A stretch of 63,914 nucleotides of DNA, counting the filler, from Octopus bimaculoides (taxonomy: Eukaryota): NCBI RefSeq assembly GCF_001194135.2. It is 8 parts of 7 records of this genome, joined end to end, with 100 filler letters (N's around TTAATTAATTAA, not from the genome) between each part and the next. Parts side by side here need not be neighbours in the genome. Positions count along the whole stretch, not along the records: positions 60,625 to 62,773 come from NW_026333661.1; positions 62,874 to 63,914 come from NW_026402701.1; 6 more parts are not named here. The stretch is one strand, 5' to 3'. A model generated the notes under the pieces. It did not search any database, was not told where the DNA came from, and saw only the letters and a program-made list of their open reading frames with translations. Made by a program: the position numbers and the translations under genes. Within the stretch, counting starts at the first letter, position 1; each line of letters starts with the position of its first letter. This document shows, piece by piece, positions 62,393-63,914 of this stretch.

Positions 62393-62773
62393 TCACGACA
62401 GTTTTGTAATATTCTTAACGTAAGGAAAGACTGAGCTCAAATCGCCTGGAAAATTATTTAGAATATCCCTAAAATGGTCTTTCCGCAAAACAGCAATGAC
62501 ATAGTGATCAGTACTTTTAAATATTTCTTCGATTGAACAGTCCTCACAGCAGATCAAACACATCAGTGGAAGGGGCTTAAAGTTTTGATTGAAGATTTCT
62601 TCAGTTAGAGCGACAACTTGTTTAAAGTAGTCTTCTTCGTGGATAGCATTAAATTCAGAATTACACATTACAAAATAGAGAACAAAATCGTATTTTACGC
62701 ACTCAAACATTTCAGTAACTTCTTTGTTAAGGAACTTGGGAAAATCAGTAATTAAAACCGACTTGTAATCAAT
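62393..62773 (-). CDS. Unidentified open frame of 127 codons running out of the join
   Basis: IDYKSVLITDFPKFLNKEVTEMFECVKYDFVLYFVMCNSEF...FPYVKNITKLS*. Complex, globular-like composition in AT-rich DNA. Family not recognised. Confidence 0.4.
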   Translation of the reverse strand: MDYKSVLITDFPKFLNKEVTEMFECVKYDFVLYFVMCNSEFNAIHEEDYFKQVVALTEEIFNQNFKPLPLMCLICCEDCSIEEIFKSTDHYVIAVLRKDHFRDILNNFPGDLSSVFPYVKNITKLS

Positions 62774-62873
62774 NNNNNNNNNNNNNNNNNNNNNNNNNNN
62801 NNNNNNNNNNNNNNNNNTTAATTAATTAANNNNNNNNNNNNNNNNNNNNNNNNNNNNNNNNNNNNNNNNNNNN
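62774..62873. other. Artificial scaffold join
   Basis: 44 N + TTAATTAATTAA + 44 N. Confidence 0.95.
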
Positions 62874-63269
62874 ACACACACACACACACACACAGAGATT
62901 AGTCATCAACTATAAGTAACATCAATGTGTTGAAGTTGCTATGTGGCTGGGTTGTGGAAACCATTGCCGATATTTCTCGCGTCAGATTTTTGCAGTTGTT
63001 TTTTTTTTAATTTTGTTATTATCGAACCTGTTGCTGCTGCTGCTGTTGTTATTGTTGTTGTTGTTGTTGAACTTGTTGTCACTGTTTCTCTCTATTAGAT
63101 TCTGTGTAAAGTGTTAATCTGTTGTTGTTGTTATTGGTTGTGGTGGTGGCGATGACTATTCGTCGTGGTAGCGATGGTAATGTCGTTAAAGATGGCGTTA
63201 TCATAATTATTTCTAAGGCGGCGATCGTTGGCGAGCACGGCAGAATACTTGACAGCATTTCGTCCATTC

Positions 63270-63530
63270 TTATGTCGATAAAATAAATATCAGTTGAGTA
63301 CTGGGTCGATGTAATCGTCTCACCTCCTCCCCCAAAATTTACTGGCATTGTGCCAAAATTTGAAACCTTCCCCACTGTTATTTTAATGGTGGTAAGCTGG
63401 CAAAATCGTCAGCACGCCGGACGAAATGTTTAGCGACATTTTATCCGTCATTACTTTCTGAATTGAGATTCTGTCGAAGTCGTCTTTGCTTTTCATTTTT
63501 TGGGGTTCGATGAAATAAGTAACCCATATT
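63270..63530 (+). mobile_element. SINE family A fragments (3' part, then a second head)
   Basis: GTCGATAAAATAAA...ACTGGGTCGATGTAATCG...GTGCCAAAATTTGAAACC, then GGTGGTAAGCTGGCAAAATCGTCAGC. Confidence 0.75.
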
Positions 63531-63564
63531 TCCGGCCTAGTGTCTACAGTAGAAAAAAATTATC

Positions 63565-63914
63565 ATTATTATAATTATTTTATGTTTGACTTTTGTTTTG
63601 CATTTGTACAAGTTGGATCCAAGTCTCACCCAGAGACCTCAAGAGACAACAAGTTAGGAGTTCATGTAGGTGTTATGCCTAGGGTACCATATATTTGGAC
63701 TTGTACATAGTGTTGTTCTAGAGAATGTTTAAGAAACCATAAGAAAATTATGTTTGTTTTAAAATTTGAGATCACATAGACAGTATTTTACGTAGGATAT
63801 GGGCAGTTCCCATGAGCACTATCTTTTCAACTTCAGCCATTTTGGGGGTTTCCTGGAATCTGATCTAGGTAGTAATCAACCTGTTTCGCTGTCATTCCCA
63901 GGGCACCTATGACA
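63565..63914 (-). mobile_element. Dong/R4-clade LINE 3' end
   Basis: VIGALGMTAKQVDYYLDQIPGNP/KMAEVEKIVLMGTAHILRKILSM* plus a 3'UTR nearly identical to 28486-28746. Confidence 0.88.

Overview
AT-rich, microsatellite- and SINE-dense animal genomic DNA. The repeat families and gap style suggest an octopus-type cephalopod; this is inferred, not verified by database search. Seven artificial 100-bp joins (44 N + TTAATTAATTAA + 44 N) split the window into 8 separately assembled blocks, so adjacency between blocks is unproven. Block 1 carries coding exon 1 of dishevelled (N-terminal DIX, + strand) and at least 18 kb of its first intron. The block 43251-56151 carries the main finding on the minus strand. 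Five phase-compatible exons join into one open frame of 515 codons plus stop: a divergent DSL (Delta/Serrate/LAG-2) domain, 11 EGF repeats and a C-terminal chitin-binding type-2 (CBM14) domain, with no transmembrane segment. A second, shorter DSL-EGF cassette follows directly and lacks five whole EGF modules. The ORF track misses the DSL exon because it translates that exon in another frame. Other content includes a Penelope-type minimal hammerhead motif, a 30-nt microexon candidate, an orphan exon, Dong/R4 LINEs stacked on each other's (TAA)n tails, decayed Tc1, mariner, maT, RTE and Merlin-like elements, several foldback elements and many tRNA-headed SINEs. All alignments and identities were judged by eye.
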